A stretch of 64,000 bases of DNA from NCBI GenBank assembly GCA_964016885.1, contig OZ024740.1, forward strand, positions 331,328,001 to 331,392,000. Reading direction: 5' to 3'. This document shows positions 1 to 12,838 of the stretch, one piece after another. Both the position numbers and the translations under genes were made by a program. Position 1 is the stretch's first letter. The number at the start of each line of letters is the position of its first letter. Below the pieces are notes generated by a model. That model worked only from the letters and a program-made list of their open reading frames with translations. It was not told the DNA's origin and did no database searches. Source of the stretch: Eledone cirrhosa. Its lineage: Eukaryota.

Positions 1-1499
1 ATAAATATAAAACAAATTACATCAACGAAGAAATTAATAGATTGCTTGTTGCTGCTTTAAATAAATTCATTGTAAAAGTAGGAGATGGGATGATAGATCG
101 ACATCATAACATTGTAAAAAAAAAACATTTAGATGAAAGGTTGCTAAGATATAAACCATATAAATAATGAGGCGTATGAAAAATAATATGGGAGAAATTT
201 ATTAAGGATATATTCAAAATTTAAATGTCATAAATAAATATCGCTGGTTTGATGATCAAAGTATAATTGTTAAACAATATGTAAATATATTTATGTACCA
301 AGATTATATTTAAAAAGAGAACAGTGTAGCCCATTTACCAAATAAAGTATGTAATTTACAAAATTATTTATATTAATATACTGTTATATTATCGCCTTTC
401 CTTCATTGTTTTAATGTGGATATTTAATGAAAAACGATAGTTAGTGATTCTGCGAGAATTAGAGATTTATTAGAAGAAACAAACGACGAAGTTTCAGGAG
501 GGAATGAAATTTATTGATACATATTTTATATATGTTGATATCAATTTTGCGCGTGGGTGAGTGTATCTCTTTCAGGTTGTGTGTATAAATATTTGTTTTG
601 TCCGAATTTTTATTTCTGAATATATTTCGAACAAGTCATGTATAAGTTTATTACGTAAGAGTATATGAAATACTTGAGTATAGAGGATGTTTATTTTTCT
701 TTACATTGCAAAGCTATATGATTGCGACATATATAAGAAGTGACGTTGGTATCCACTATGTGCATTTCACATTTTCTATTATGCCATCAAAGGGGAAACA
801 TGGATCTATCAAAATCGTTTATTCGTGGCTGTTTAATTCTGGCCTAAGCGTATCAGCATGGAGCAAACAGTTGAGTCACACACTATGACTGAATGCAGTG
901 CATGTGTCTGGTGCACACGTCTCTGTTCCGGTGATAACAGCTTTGAAGGTCGATCCCACACAGAACTTCCATCCACTCTTGACCAGCAACTGAATGAGCT
1001 GATTGAACCACACTAGACATGAAGTCCATGTGATGGACTCTCCCGACGTATTTCGAAGTATGAGGATCAACATTCGTCTCAGTTCATTGGTAATGGTTAT
1101 GCCTTACCTGGGACATCACCAAGTGCTGATGTACACATCAATCCACATTTTGTGCTGATGACAAGATTTCAAGACGAGCAGGATAGAATGGCTGATAAAA
1201 TTTGGAGTTAGATGATTGCTCACGCATTGGGTCAGTCAATAGTTGTTATAGTTTTATATACCCTAATGGCAGACACCCTCCATTTCGACGGTCAGCAGCT
1301 AGGGCTTCAAAAGAAGTGCTACACTTATATATTTAAGATTGTACTTCAGTTTGTATTTATATCTGACTAATGTTGTGCCTACATTAGGTGAACCATTATG
1401 AAATTGGATGTATAACAGTACCTTTGGTGTGTGGTCCTCAGTCATCTGTAGGCATGACTATCCCATATAAGTTGGATTTGCTTCAGCAATACAACGAAC

Positions 1500-2250
1500 G
1501 AAGATGCCTCATGAGTTAACAAATATAGATGTTTAACCTTTTTTCTTGAAGAGATAGATTATAGAATTTTCGTTAAAATCTTGAGGAAACATTTCCAGAA
1601 ATACCTGAAGAAACGTACGGACCAAATTTGACTACCACAATTGCACATTTCCGCTTAGATGCTTTCTTTACCACAAACTTTATTGGATGACAGCTAATTA
1701 TTCAATTGCTAGCGGTTTCAAGCTCATTTAGGATTGGAGTTTTAGCTAATTCGATTATCCCCTGCCTTTATGGAATAGATGATATTACAATTTCATCTAT
1801 GTTTGACTCACAATTTAGGATCTTTTCAAAATGTTCCTTCTATCGAGAGATCATCTAGCCTTTGTCTGTGTATAGGGTTGTAAAATCAGTGGATGTTTAA
1901 AATGTTGTCCTCGATGTAATTAAATATTATAAACCATTTTTCCGGCGATCTAAACGTATTTCTAAACCACCAATAGTTTTCCTCCAATCACACTCCATCT
2001 ATATCTATTTGTTAACATCTATTGTAATATTTGCTTCTTGAGGATTTTGATTTTGCTTAGTGGTTTTTGTATCGGTTTTAAATTAGTGCTATTTGCTTCT
2101 GATATTCTGATGTTTGGAGTTGTATGGAGCACTGGATCCTATAGTTTAAGAGACAAATATATATCATACTAGGAATAGAATGTTACAAAGTCATAATATG
2201 TGCATGCAAAATCTCAGATGTCGTAAGCAAACTTAGCACATAACAGGTGT
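1500..2250 (-). mobile_element. Highly degenerate CR1/L2-like LINE 3' remnant (tentative)
   Basis: Minus-strand frames give fragments resembling the CR1/L2 RT C-terminus (LYT..RL.DL, SVRFFRYFW, LFKKKVKHL), broken by stops and frameshifts; boundaries approximate. Confidence 0.25.
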
Positions 2251-2499
2251 AATCAATTTGTTTGATTCAGCTAGAGAAATACGCTTTTGATGTGGCAGTT
2301 TAATGTTCTTATGTAAAAAAAGAAAACACATCTTGATACATCACAAAGAAAATTGAATAAACGCAAGAATTGGAAAAAAGCAATCTAGAGATGGCTAGTA
2401 GCAATAACCAGAAAATATCACGGAATGCGGTACACACTTTGAAGAATTTCAAGGCAAGGTGAATAAAAAACGTGGCCTCATTATATTGTTGTCTACATT

Positions 2500-3100
2500 A
2501 ATCATTTTTTGACGAAAACTGACACTCCGAATGTATTTTGTTCAAACCGTTAATAATAATATATAAAAAAATAAACGATTTCTAAAGTTTTTGTTCGGAG
2601 TTACAGTACATGTCCCAAGTGTTCCCACGTAATGAAGTTTAGTATAACGTATTTACACAAATATTTATGGAACACTCATCATATAGCACTAAAGAAAGAG
2701 ATCTGGTACGGCTTAAATTAGGGCTGTTTGGAGCCCACTCAAAATCAGTATTCAAACTAGTCACATGATTTCCAAAGTTATTTTTCAGCCAATCGCCGGA
2801 CGCATTGGATATGTGCCGTCTGGCTCCGACTAGCTGGAACCAGAACCCTTTTATTGGAGCAATATCGGCCAATACGTTACATTTAGCCGACTGGAGTGGT
2901 TTTACAGCTTTTTCAGTGGGTTGCTCTGAGCAGCAGAACCGATAGTTCTTAGGGTTGATCTTTCCATCTAAGTGAAACTGGGCTTCCTCAAGGGTACACT
3001 GCAGAGTCAGACAATTTCGGTTGTTTTCCATCTTCTCTACCAATCTATCGATGTTTAGTCTGTATTACGATCTTCTTAAGATCTCCTTGAACAACCCTTC
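2500..3100 (-). mobile_element. Tc1/mariner-superfamily transposase remnant
   Basis: ORF 2639-3043 contains WFQLVGARRH...WLKNNFG...EWAPNSPNLS, a decayed match to the WFQQDGA.xH...WPxxSPDL catalytic region; no TIRs identified. Confidence 0.6.
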
Positions 3101-3640
3101 TTGCAAGTATCAATTTGCAAATAGAACAGCTTTTAAACCTCAAAAGGCAAAATCTGTCCCTCTTTAAACAGTTTTCCTGTTATTATGTTCCTGTTGAGTA
3201 TTTCATCTAGCAAAACATAATTTTAAACCTATATAAGAAACATGAATAAATGCGTTTATGAATTCAAAGATCGCTATTAATTCGGACAAATTTAGGAATT
3301 TGGTTAGGAGCGATAGCAAATTAACAGACGGATAAAGTATACCAAACAAAAAAACTCGCAAATTATTGGGAACATAGCTGAATAATATTCCTTACATTTA
3401 CATAATCCCATTATTCGCAAAATGATAAGCGTTGGCTTGCTGCAATTCCTAAATCTATGTTGCAAGCTCTTCTATGATAACCAAATATTTAATATATAGT
3501 GTTTCGATTTTCTGATAGGAATAACAAGAACTACGAAGAAATTTCAATACTGCTTAACTATACAAATTTATTCACATAATTTGCATTTATTTTTCATTGG
3601 TAAATGAACACAAACTGCATTTTATTATTGCTTTATATAA

Positions 3641-3797
3641 GGGCGGTGAATTGGCAGTATCGGTAGAGGGTCGGACGCCATGCTTTCCAGCATAGTTACG
3701 TCCCTTTACAGTCTGAGTTCAAATCCCGTCGAGGTTAACTTAAAGTACCAGTAATGAACTGGGTAATTGCTGGCCTTGTGCCAAAAGTAGAAACAAT
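3641..3797 (+). mobile_element. tRNA-derived SINE (octopus-type family), internally deleted copy
   Basis: A-box-like TGGCAGTATCGG, B-box GAGTTCAAATCC, 3' end GCTGGCCTTGTGCC.AAAGTAGAAACAATT shared with other copies in the window. Confidence 0.8.
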
Positions 3798-3853
3798 TTT
3801 TGACTCATATATTTCTTTTAAATAAGACGTAAAATATCCACGTATAGATCGTA

Positions 3854-4696
3854 CTATCCGTTAGGGTATAACGTGGGGCTGTAATACAGGAAAGTGTTGT
3901 GCAATTTATGTTTACAAGCCGAAATTGCCTCAGATTTTTTGTTTAAGATGTGGTCTGTGGCGTAGAGTATTTCCAGGGCCTCAGCGGCGCAGAGGTCACA
4001 TGGTCTTTTATTTCCGTTATACGATCTAGCCCTAGCTAGGATCTCCCAGTGTAACTTATATTGGGTGTGGTTGTCTTTTAGACTCCAGATATAAGCTGAA
4101 AGTGACGTCATATCCTTCTTAGAGGGTAACGAAAATAATGGGTATGCATGTAAAGACGCTGCTTGAAACTACTGGTGGTTAACCCTATGTAGGCCCTACG
4201 GGACGTGGGTGTTACAACCTTACATTTGTAGACAATGTTACTAGAGAGGCATTTCCCGGATAGGGGGCAATCAGCCCGATTCCTACAATTACAGTTAGTA
4301 CTAACTACAGGGTTGCACGTGTTCCTACGGCTAGGTAGTTTAGCTAAATGTGAAGCTGTGATGTTATGTGCAAGGTTAGGAGTCGTAGAATAGGACATTT
4401 TAATAGTATTTCTATTAAAAATGTTACTATATTTATGTGTAGGGGGAAAATGCTTCGTAATAAGGGAAAGAAAGATCTTAGCTAATGGTGTGGCCACCTC
4501 CATATTATATGGTGGGTTAAACCAACAAATGCGACGGGATCTATTTCTACTAGGTCTATTTTCGTACTCTGTATATGCTACCTTATCGACAAATCCACTT
4601 CGAGCAAGAGCTTCATTGTAATAAGTGGAATGGTCGTTGATTTCCCGTCTTTCCACCAACGAGCGCATTTTCAACGACCATTCCACTTATTACAAT
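3854..4696 (-). mobile_element. 5'-truncated Penelope-like element (Naiad-type GIY-YIG C-terminus) with short 5' inversion
   Basis: Frameshifted ORFs 4108-4686 and 3854-4111 give WFNPPY, CNCR..CPLSGKCL, IVYKC..YIGLTTSSFKQR..H, CDLC..E, LN..SE..CKH; about 4614-4647 is repeated inverted at about 4670-4697. Confidence 0.85.
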
Positions 4697-4741
4697 GACC
4701 TCTACCGACCAATCAAAATTGTTTTGACCACAATAATTTTT

Positions 4742-5017
4742 GCAACACGAATTGGCGCGAAACTTATTTTAATACCTCTGGAGCCACTTTTTTCACATAA
4801 AAACAGGTAGAATTTCCAAAACTAACCAGATTAGAGCAAACATCACGGACGCTCTATCTCAAAATTATTTTTGAAAAGCATTAAAAATGCGCAACCGGTA
4901 AAATTTAAAACCAAAACTGAATACTAACCAATACTATTACTAATTTTCACTTATTCCTAATTAAACTATTTTTCACTGTGAACAATTTGTCAGCATTACT
5001 TTTCCGTTTACCAATAT
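4742..5017. repeat. ~275-bp interspersed repeat, copy 1 (copy 2 at 13728-14003)
   Basis: Near-identical sequence starting GCAACACGAATTGGCGCGAAACTT at both loci. Confidence 0.85.
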
Positions 5018-5044
5018 ATCATAACTCATGTGTTACACCTCTAT

Positions 5045-5087
<43 letters not shown>

Positions 5088-5100
5088 TATATATATATGT

Positions 5101-5407
5101 ATATAATAAAACAAGGACTAATGGTTACACCGACATTACTTTTATCGGTTGTTGACGCGCGTTTCGCTGTTTATCCACTGAAGGTTCGATCTGTATTGAT
5201 CTAGCCTGACTCTGTCATCAATGGCTCGGTGGAGCTCTGTGGTAACAGTAACAAAATAAATTACTACCACGGAAGTCCGACGAGCCATTGATTACAAAGC
5301 CGGGTTAGATCGATACAGATCGAATCTTCAGCTGATCAATTGCGAAACGCGCGCCACCAACCAATAAATGTCATGAAGGAGTAAACATTCGTCCTTGTTT
5401 TATTATA
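5101..5407. repeat. Imperfect fold-back element between (TA)n tracts with a degenerate hammerhead-like motif
   Basis: Arms about 5101-5245 and 5262-5407 are diverged reverse complements; CCGACGA...GAAACGCGCG(T/C)C at 5277-5355. Confidence 0.7.
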
Positions 5408-5517
5408 CTACACCCTGTCTAGCTCTGCACGTCGATACCAACGTGAACATAAACATCGAGTGATCACCCGGATGAACCTACAGTAACTCCGCGTTACCCT
5501 ACCTGGAAATATTGTAA

Positions 5518-5630
<113 letters not shown>

Positions 5631-6735
5631 CATATATATACATAATATATATATATATATATATATATATAGTAGAGGGAGAATAATTGGAAATGAATAA
5701 ATCCACTAGTCTTTTGAAAAGTTACGTTAAATCATGATGGTTTATTTAGGTTGAATATGCAAGTTTCAAAACCTAGTGTGTTATTCTAATGGCATGATGC
5801 TCTGTCGCAGTAGGCCATGAAAATCAACGAGCATACATATTTAATTCAGAGGAATTAACCAAAGGCTTTACACCTCCGTTTCAATCATTTAGTTCAACCA
5901 CCGTTTCGATTAAAAGATATACAATTCTAATCGACTAAATTAAGTAGTCATTTAATTAATTATACCAATGATAGAAACAACTCTCCGAATCATAACAGAA
6001 AACAGAATTATTTACATGCGTCACGTGATCCAATTATGTTATTACACAAGCATGTGTTCAAGAATAGAAGAAAATCAAGAAAAGAAAAGGAAAAGGAAAA
6101 GGAAATACATTCTTGGGAAGATGTGGAGATAATGCACATAAATTTAAGCATTATAGGGGTAGTAAGTTAGGCAGTGAAAACGACTGTTATTCCGTCAAAA
6201 TGTTGCGGTGGAGGTTCTATTTCTATTTCAATTCTAAACTTCGTTCTCGTTCCAAATACACTTGTTTACATGCCACTGATAATTTATAGCATTGAGAAAT
6301 AACGGAAAAAGCTGGGTGGTTTCATTGGCGTAATACTTGTCCAAGCAATAAGCGTGGGTCCAATACCCATGTTTGCTGATACACCAAATTTGTTCAATTA
6401 TTAGACTACTATTTAGTCAAAATGTTAAGGTACTGTTTCTATTCCTATTTAAATTCTAAACTTTACAAAGAAAACTTCATAAAAATTTGCTGGCTATGAT
6501 GCAGCACGAGCAAAACCTAATACTATAGAAAACAGTATATATATATATATATATACCACTCCTCCCTCACACCCTCTCGGAACTCTTCTCCTTCCCACCA
6601 TTTTCCCCAACCCACTCTCAAGAGTGAACATAATACCTAACAACTTTCGTAACTGTACACCTTGTTGTTTACTTTTCCAATATATATATATATATATATA
6701 TTTAGTTTTTGTAATAAACAACATAAGACAATTAT

Positions 6736-6796
6736 TTCATTTACCAGGGGTTTCTTGAAGGCAGATGTTATGTCTGTCTTCAATCGTCAGAATGAA
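6736..6796 (-). ncRNA. Type I hammerhead ribozyme
   Basis: UUCAUU-CUGACGA-UUGAAG...CUUCAA-GAAA-CC ccu G-GUA^-AAUGAA; 6-bp helix I, helix II of at least 6 bp. Confidence 0.8.
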
Positions 6797-7023
6797 TAAA
6801 TAATATGGTGTTTTTATTAAATATGGATTTAAAAAAAAAATTTAGGAAATATGAAAGTGAGGCTGCAAAAACGGGCAAAAAGAAATTAGGAGAAACATTA
6901 TATAAAGAAATATCCAGAACATAAATATACACACACACAGCCTTGCGCTTATACGTAAGGTCACTTTCATATTTCCTAAATTTCTTTTCAAATCCATATT
7001 TGATAAAAATACCATGTTATTTA

Positions 7024-7084
7024 TTCATTCTGACGACTGAAGACAGACATAACATCTGCCTTCAAGAAACCACTGGTAAATGAA
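7024..7084 (+). ncRNA. Type I hammerhead ribozyme (inverted partner copy)
   Basis: TTCATT CTGACGA CTGAAG...CTTCAA GAAA CCACTG GTA AATGAA. Confidence 0.75.
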
Positions 7085-7232
7085 ATAAATATCTTATGTT
7101 TTTATTACATAACTAATAAGCTCTGTAGCCTACAGAGAGCACTCTCTTTTCCAGTACCTTTCCTACGGAAATACTTCATTTATAGATATAGATACACACA
7201 CGCACACACACATATACACACACACACATATG

Positions 7233-7323
<91 letters not shown>

Positions 7324-7369
7324 GAAAGGTATAGAAAACATTGTAGCGAAAAGCCAACAGTATTCCATA

Positions 7370-7418
<49 letters not shown>

Positions 7419-7657
7419 CCTGCTGCTTAAGAAGTATTGAAAAATGTTCAAATTTAAATTGTAGTCACCCCAAATGTGAAAAAGACGTCGTCAGTATGTA
7501 TTCCTATTTTATCGCTATTTCTCAACTTTTAATTTCTCAATTTGTAAATGACTCTCATACACATTTGCGTTGGGCGACTAAATTTCAAAAATAGATATAC
7601 CATACAAATACATATTCTACCACCAAGGGTAGACCAGACTGATATATATATATATAG

Positions 7658-7739
<82 letters not shown>

Positions 7740-7920
7740 ATAAATATATATATATATATATATTGGAATAAATGCTCTGAAATAGCGATATATATGTGAA
7801 TATAGACATAGAATATTCGAAAATATTCTGTATGTTTATAATAAACATTTTGAAGACCTAATCGCTATAGAATAGAATACGTCACGTATTACAATTAGAT
7901 TCTCGATAAAAGCAAGGGAA

Positions 7921-7963
7921 GTAATCTACGCGTTTCATTCTTGTTAGAAATCATCAGGACTAC
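7921..7963 (-). ncRNA. Type I hammerhead ribozyme, unit 1
   Basis: GUAGUC-CUGAUGA-U UUCU aaca AGAA U-GAAA-CGC-GUA^-GAUUAC; palindromic helix III ACGCGU; helix I extended by 16-bp AUUCUCGAUAAAAGCA/UGCUUUUAUCGAGAAU (7899-7987). Confidence 0.9.
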
Positions 7964-8230
7964 ATATCCAGTGCTTTTATCGAGAATGACACAGCTAGAG
8001 ACTTATAGAATACTTAGCTGTGTACAGGAACTGGTTTGAAAGAGCGGTTGCCGGTCCGGCAGAAATTAGAAATTGGAATAAATGCTCTGAAATAGCGATA
8101 TATATGTGAATATAGACATAGAATATTCGAAAATATTCTGTATGTTTATAATAAACATTTTGAAGACCTAATCGCTATAGAATAGAATACGTCACGTATT
8201 ACAATTAGATTCTCGATAAAAGCAAGGGAA

Positions 8231-8273
8231 GTAATCTACGCGTTTCATTCTTGTTAGAAATCATCAGGACTAC
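8231..8273 (-). ncRNA. Type I hammerhead ribozyme, unit 2
   Basis: Same sequence as 7921-7963, +310 bp. Confidence 0.9.
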
Positions 8274-8540
8274 ATATCCAGTGCTTTTATCGAGAATGAC
8301 ACAGCTAGAGACTTATAGAATACTTAGCTGTGTACAGGAACTGGTTTGAAAGAGCGGTTGCCGGTCCGGCAGAAATTAGAAATTGGAATAAATGCTCTGA
8401 AATAGCGATATATATGTGAATATAGACATAGAATATTCGAAAATATTCTGTATGTTTATAATAAACATTTTGAAGACCTAATCGCTATAGAATAGAATAC
8501 GTCACGTATTACAATTAGATTCTCGATAAAAGCAAGGGAA

Positions 8541-8583
8541 GTAATCTACGCGTTTCATTCTTGTTAGAAATCATCAGGACTAC
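8541..8583 (-). ncRNA. Type I hammerhead ribozyme, unit 3
   Basis: Same sequence as 7921-7963, +620 bp. Confidence 0.9.
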
Positions 8584-8850
8584 ATATCCAGTGCTTTTAT
8601 CGAGAATGACACAGCTAGAGACTTATAGAATACTTAGCTGTGTACAGGAACTGGTTTGAAAGAGCGGTTGCCGGTCCGGCAGAAATTAGAAATTGGAATA
8701 AATGCTCTGAAATAGCGATATATATGTGAATATAGACATAGAATATTCGAAAATATTCTGTATGTTTATAATAAACATTTTGAAGACCTAATCGCTATAG
8801 AATAGAATACGTCACGTATTACAATTAGATTCTCGATAAAAGCAAGGGAA

Positions 8851-8893
8851 GTAATCTACGCGTTTCATTCTTGTTAGAAATCATCAGGACTAC
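8851..8893 (-). ncRNA. Type I hammerhead ribozyme, unit 4
   Basis: Same sequence as 7921-7963, +930 bp. Confidence 0.9.
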
Positions 8894-9160
8894 ATATCCA
8901 GTGCTTTTATCGAGAATGACACAGCTAGAGACTTATAGAATACTTAGCTGTGTACAGGAACTGGTTTGAAAGAGCGGTTGCCGGTCCGGCAGAAATTAGA
9001 AATTGGAATAAATGCTCTGAAATAGCGATATATATGTGAATATAGACATAGAATATTCGAAAATATTCTGTATGTTTATAATAAACATTTTGAAGACCTA
9101 ATCGCTATAGAATAGAATACGTCACGTATTACAATTAGATTCTCGATAAAAGCAAGGGAA

Positions 9161-9203
9161 GTAATCTACGCGTTTCATTCTTGTTAGAAATCATCAGGAC
9201 TAC
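9161..9203 (-). ncRNA. Type I hammerhead ribozyme, unit 5
   Basis: Same sequence as 7921-7963, +1240 bp. Confidence 0.9.
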
Positions 9204-9470
9204 ATATCCAGTGCTTTTATCGAGAATGACACAGCTAGAGACTTATAGAATACTTAGCTGTGTACAGGAACTGGTTTGAAAGAGCGGTTGCCGGTCCGGC
9301 AGAAATTAGAAATTGGAATAAATGCTCTGAAATAGCGATATATATGTGAATATAGACATAGAATATTCGAAAATATTCTGTATGTTTATAATAAACATTT
9401 TGAAGACCTAATCGCTATAGAATAGAATACGTCACGTATTACAATTAGATTCTCGATAAAAGCAAGGGAA

Positions 9471-9513
9471 GTAATCTACGCGTTTCATTCTTGTTAGAAA
9501 TCATCAGGACTAC
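9471..9513 (-). ncRNA. Type I hammerhead ribozyme, unit 6
   Basis: Same sequence as 7921-7963, +1550 bp. Confidence 0.9.
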
Positions 9514-9637
9514 ATATCCAGTGCTTTTATCGAGAATGACACAGCTAGAGACTTATAGAATACTTAGCTGTGTACAGGAACTGGTTTGAAAGAGCGGTTG
9601 CCGGTCCGGCAGAAATTAGAAATTGGAATAAATGCTC

Positions 9638-9790
9638 TGATTTCTAACAAGAATGAAACGCGTAGATTACTTCCCTTGCTTTTATCGAGAATCTAATTGT
9701 AATACGTGACGTATTCTATTCTATAGCGATTAGGTCTTCAAAATGTTTATTATAAACATACAGAATATTTTCGAATATTCTATGTCTATA

Positions 9791-9795
<5 letters not shown>
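9638..9795 (+). repeat. Inverted partial copy of the 310-bp unit terminating the array
   Basis: TGATTTCTAACAAGAATGAAACGCGTAG...GTCTATATTCA is the reverse complement of unit positions about 7797-7953; TGA shared at the junction; runs into (TA)n. Confidence 0.9.
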
Positions 9796-9862
<67 letters not shown>

Positions 9863-12746
9863 TGTGGTCTACCCTTGCTGGTAGAATATGTATTTGTATG
9901 TCTATTTTTGTATCTACCCTGTTTATATACTATCATTAAAGGTTCTAACTTCATTGTTTCCGAAGAAGACGGTCTGATTATATATGAGGTCTGATAGTAT
10001 ACAATTATAGAATTGCTATAGATTTGACAATATATCAATATGATCACCCCTCGGAAACGATCGTAAACAAATATATGAATAGGTAAAATAACTCGATTTG
10101 TTGCTATAATTTTCATTGTTATTTTAATACCTAATATATATATAAATATATATATATATATATGTGTATGTGTGTGTATGTGTGTGTATGTGTGTGGTGT
10201 GTGTGTGTGTGCGGGCATGTGTGTGCGTGCGCGCCTGTGCGTGTGGGTGTAGCAGATTTTGTTTTATTTGTCCGAAATGAAATACGTTTTCAGTGAAATC
10301 CTTGAATGAATGATTCCGGCAATATATTTTTTGCGCGTTTTTAAGCCAGTGAATATTAAGAAATTGCGAAATCGATGACACGCGCATGTTATATAATTAT
10401 CTTTATTTTGATATAATCTTGTGATTTTTTAAAAATCAAATCACATGAATAAAGGTTTGTAACTGAGGAATATCAATACCAATAGTAATAATCAAAGAAA
10501 ATATATTACCAACGAATCTAGTGGACCAGCAAGATCTGAAGAAGTATTACTTTGATTTGCTGCAGAGTGCTGGTGGTGTTAACGTTGTTGCGTGTTTTTT
10601 CTTGATTTGATAACTCGAATGAAAGGAAAATATAAAAAAAACTACGAAGGGATATTTTCTGACATGTTATGGAGCAGGAGTAAAATGAAAGGAAACGTAA
10701 TTTTTTTGTCGAAACAAGTTTGAATATTAAATGGTGAAACGAAAAGTATTATATTTCATAGACCAAAGGGAAACTTGAGTGAAACAAAGGAATCATAAAA
10801 TATCAGGAGCCACGGGGAAATTTAGAAACTACGGAATCCAGATCGGATGGTAGTACATAAACAGAATTAAACCAAAAATGCCGTAAGGCTGATTCCATTC
10901 CAGAATGTCCAACAACAACAACCATGATATAGAACCTTTTGGCTGAAGGTTATAAATACATCCAAGAGAACAAAAACCGAACATATATTGACGAAAGACT
11001 CTTGATGTTTAAATATTATTATCAGTACAACATACGGTGAAATCCTATCAAAGATTAGACCAAAAACAAATCTGTGTACGTATAGTTTCTGTCACACTTT
11101 TCAGATTATTTCCAAGCCATAAAGTTAGATCCAATTGCAGCGTATTTAGAGAGAATGAAAGCTTCGTCGTATTTTTACGGCGCGATTAATGGTCTGAATT
11201 CAAATTTCGCCCTCATCTCTGATTTTTATCTTTTCAGGTTCGATGAAATAGACTGCCACTACAGTACTGAGATCGATATCATTCCCATTCCGCATCTCTA
11301 CAAATTGATGATCTTGTTTCTAAGATATTGTGGATAGCACAGACGTTATAATTCTGGAACACTATACAAATTAGTGCTACCTTTTTCTTAGAAAGCGTTT
11401 AATTTGCTAATATATGACCGTGATTTAAAACCTCATGGTTTTAAATAGATATCTACTCGGTCACAAATAGCAAACTCTTGTATCTAAAATTGTACATTGA
11501 TGGTTAAACTCTATGAGGAATATGCCGTGTACTTTGGCTGTAATCACATTATTTTGAACAAATATAAAATAGTTTCTACACTTGTATAAGATATTTGCTG
11601 ATAGGTGTAAAGAAGAAAGAACATATGAACTGGTAACTATCTGGAATGGTCATCCATTATATTGACAGTTCAGCTCAACTACTAATTTTAGCACCCGTGA
11701 ATCATCGTTATAGAAATTATATAAATCTTTATGACACTACAGTCAGCCGGTGTGGTATTAAATTTGCAAATTTTCATAATGAAGTCATTAAAAAATATCA
11801 ACGTATAATTATGGAAATTGCAATGTTAAAGACAACTTTAATTCCGTTAGAATATTCGAAATTGATTAATTAAAAACAAAATCAACTTATTAAAAGTAAT
11901 TAATAAAATAATTTTTAAAAAACCGTTCCTTGTATTTATTTACCTCTTTTTAGCAATTATATGAAACAATTATCAAATTATTTGCTTAATATGGTATTTT
12001 TTTGTTATTGCAGACGTGCTTATTTTACTGCCTGCAGAATGACTACGAGTAAATGAGTTACGAATAATAAAATATTTCATTCAGAATACAATTAATATTA
12101 ACAAATCGAAAATTACAAATTCAATAAGATTTCGCATTGCTTATATTTGTAATGCATTTGTCTGGAACAAGTTGCTTTAGCTATGGCTTCTTAATACCCT
12201 CATATGACAGGAGAATTTTAATGAAGCAATATATGTAGCAAGGTAGATCGAGGGTGCAGATATTCAGGAAACACTGTTTCTGCAACTCCTGGAACATGCG
12301 CTGGCGTTTATGTAACGTATCCTAGTAACATTTAGGAGTATTGTAAAACCAATTTCTCTTAAAAGACAAAGAAACTATTTTTAAATGTCATATGAATTAT
12401 CCTAATGTATGTTTTCTCCAAAATTGTTCCAACGTCTATTTTTTTTGCGCCAAATGTAGGTTTGTGTCGGCTGATTGAGATGTCACTGAAAAATAAGTCT
12501 TTCAAAACAAATATGTGTGTGTGTGTAGTAGTAGTAAAGAGGTTCGTTGTTGTGATAATGGTCAGTGGGGATGTGTGTGCGAACCGCAGCCTGTTGACAG
12601 TTCAAATGCCTATTAAGACAAGTGTGTGTGTGTGTGTAGCAGAGTAATTCGTGGTAGAGGGATGGTCAGTAGGAATGTGTCTGTAAGTGTGTGGGGGATA
12701 TTTTAACATGTTAAAGGATATTTTTCAGCTCTTGTCTTATACGGAG

Positions 12747-12838
<92 letters not shown>

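Larger units (their letters stand above)
6701..7116. mobile_element. Fold-back non-coding element with one hammerhead in each arm
   Basis: About 6701-6861 is the reverse complement of about 6961-7116; (TA)n tracts on both sides. Confidence 0.75.
7763..9640 (-). mobile_element. Tandem array of 6 x 310-bp hammerhead-containing units (putative non-LTR retrozyme)
   Basis: Units start at 7763, 8073, 8383, 8693, 9003 and 9313, with an 18-bp partial at 9623; no differences seen by eye; non-coding; each unit has a full HHR on the minus strand; begins directly from a (TA)n tract. Confidence 0.9.

Noticed and set aside
1150-1200. CTGATGA motif
   Set aside because: No downstream GAAA/NUH or helices
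7420-7505. CTGACGA on the minus strand
   Set aside because: No matching GAAA or helix II/III found
7763-9640. Regular array considered as CRISPR or a plain satellite
   Set aside because: No unique spacers, no cas genes and a eukaryotic context; the HHR, microsatellite junction and inverted tail fit a retrozyme better
11402-11474. Imperfect hairpin considered as a pre-miRNA
   Set aside because: AT-rich with large bulges; no conservation or read evidence available
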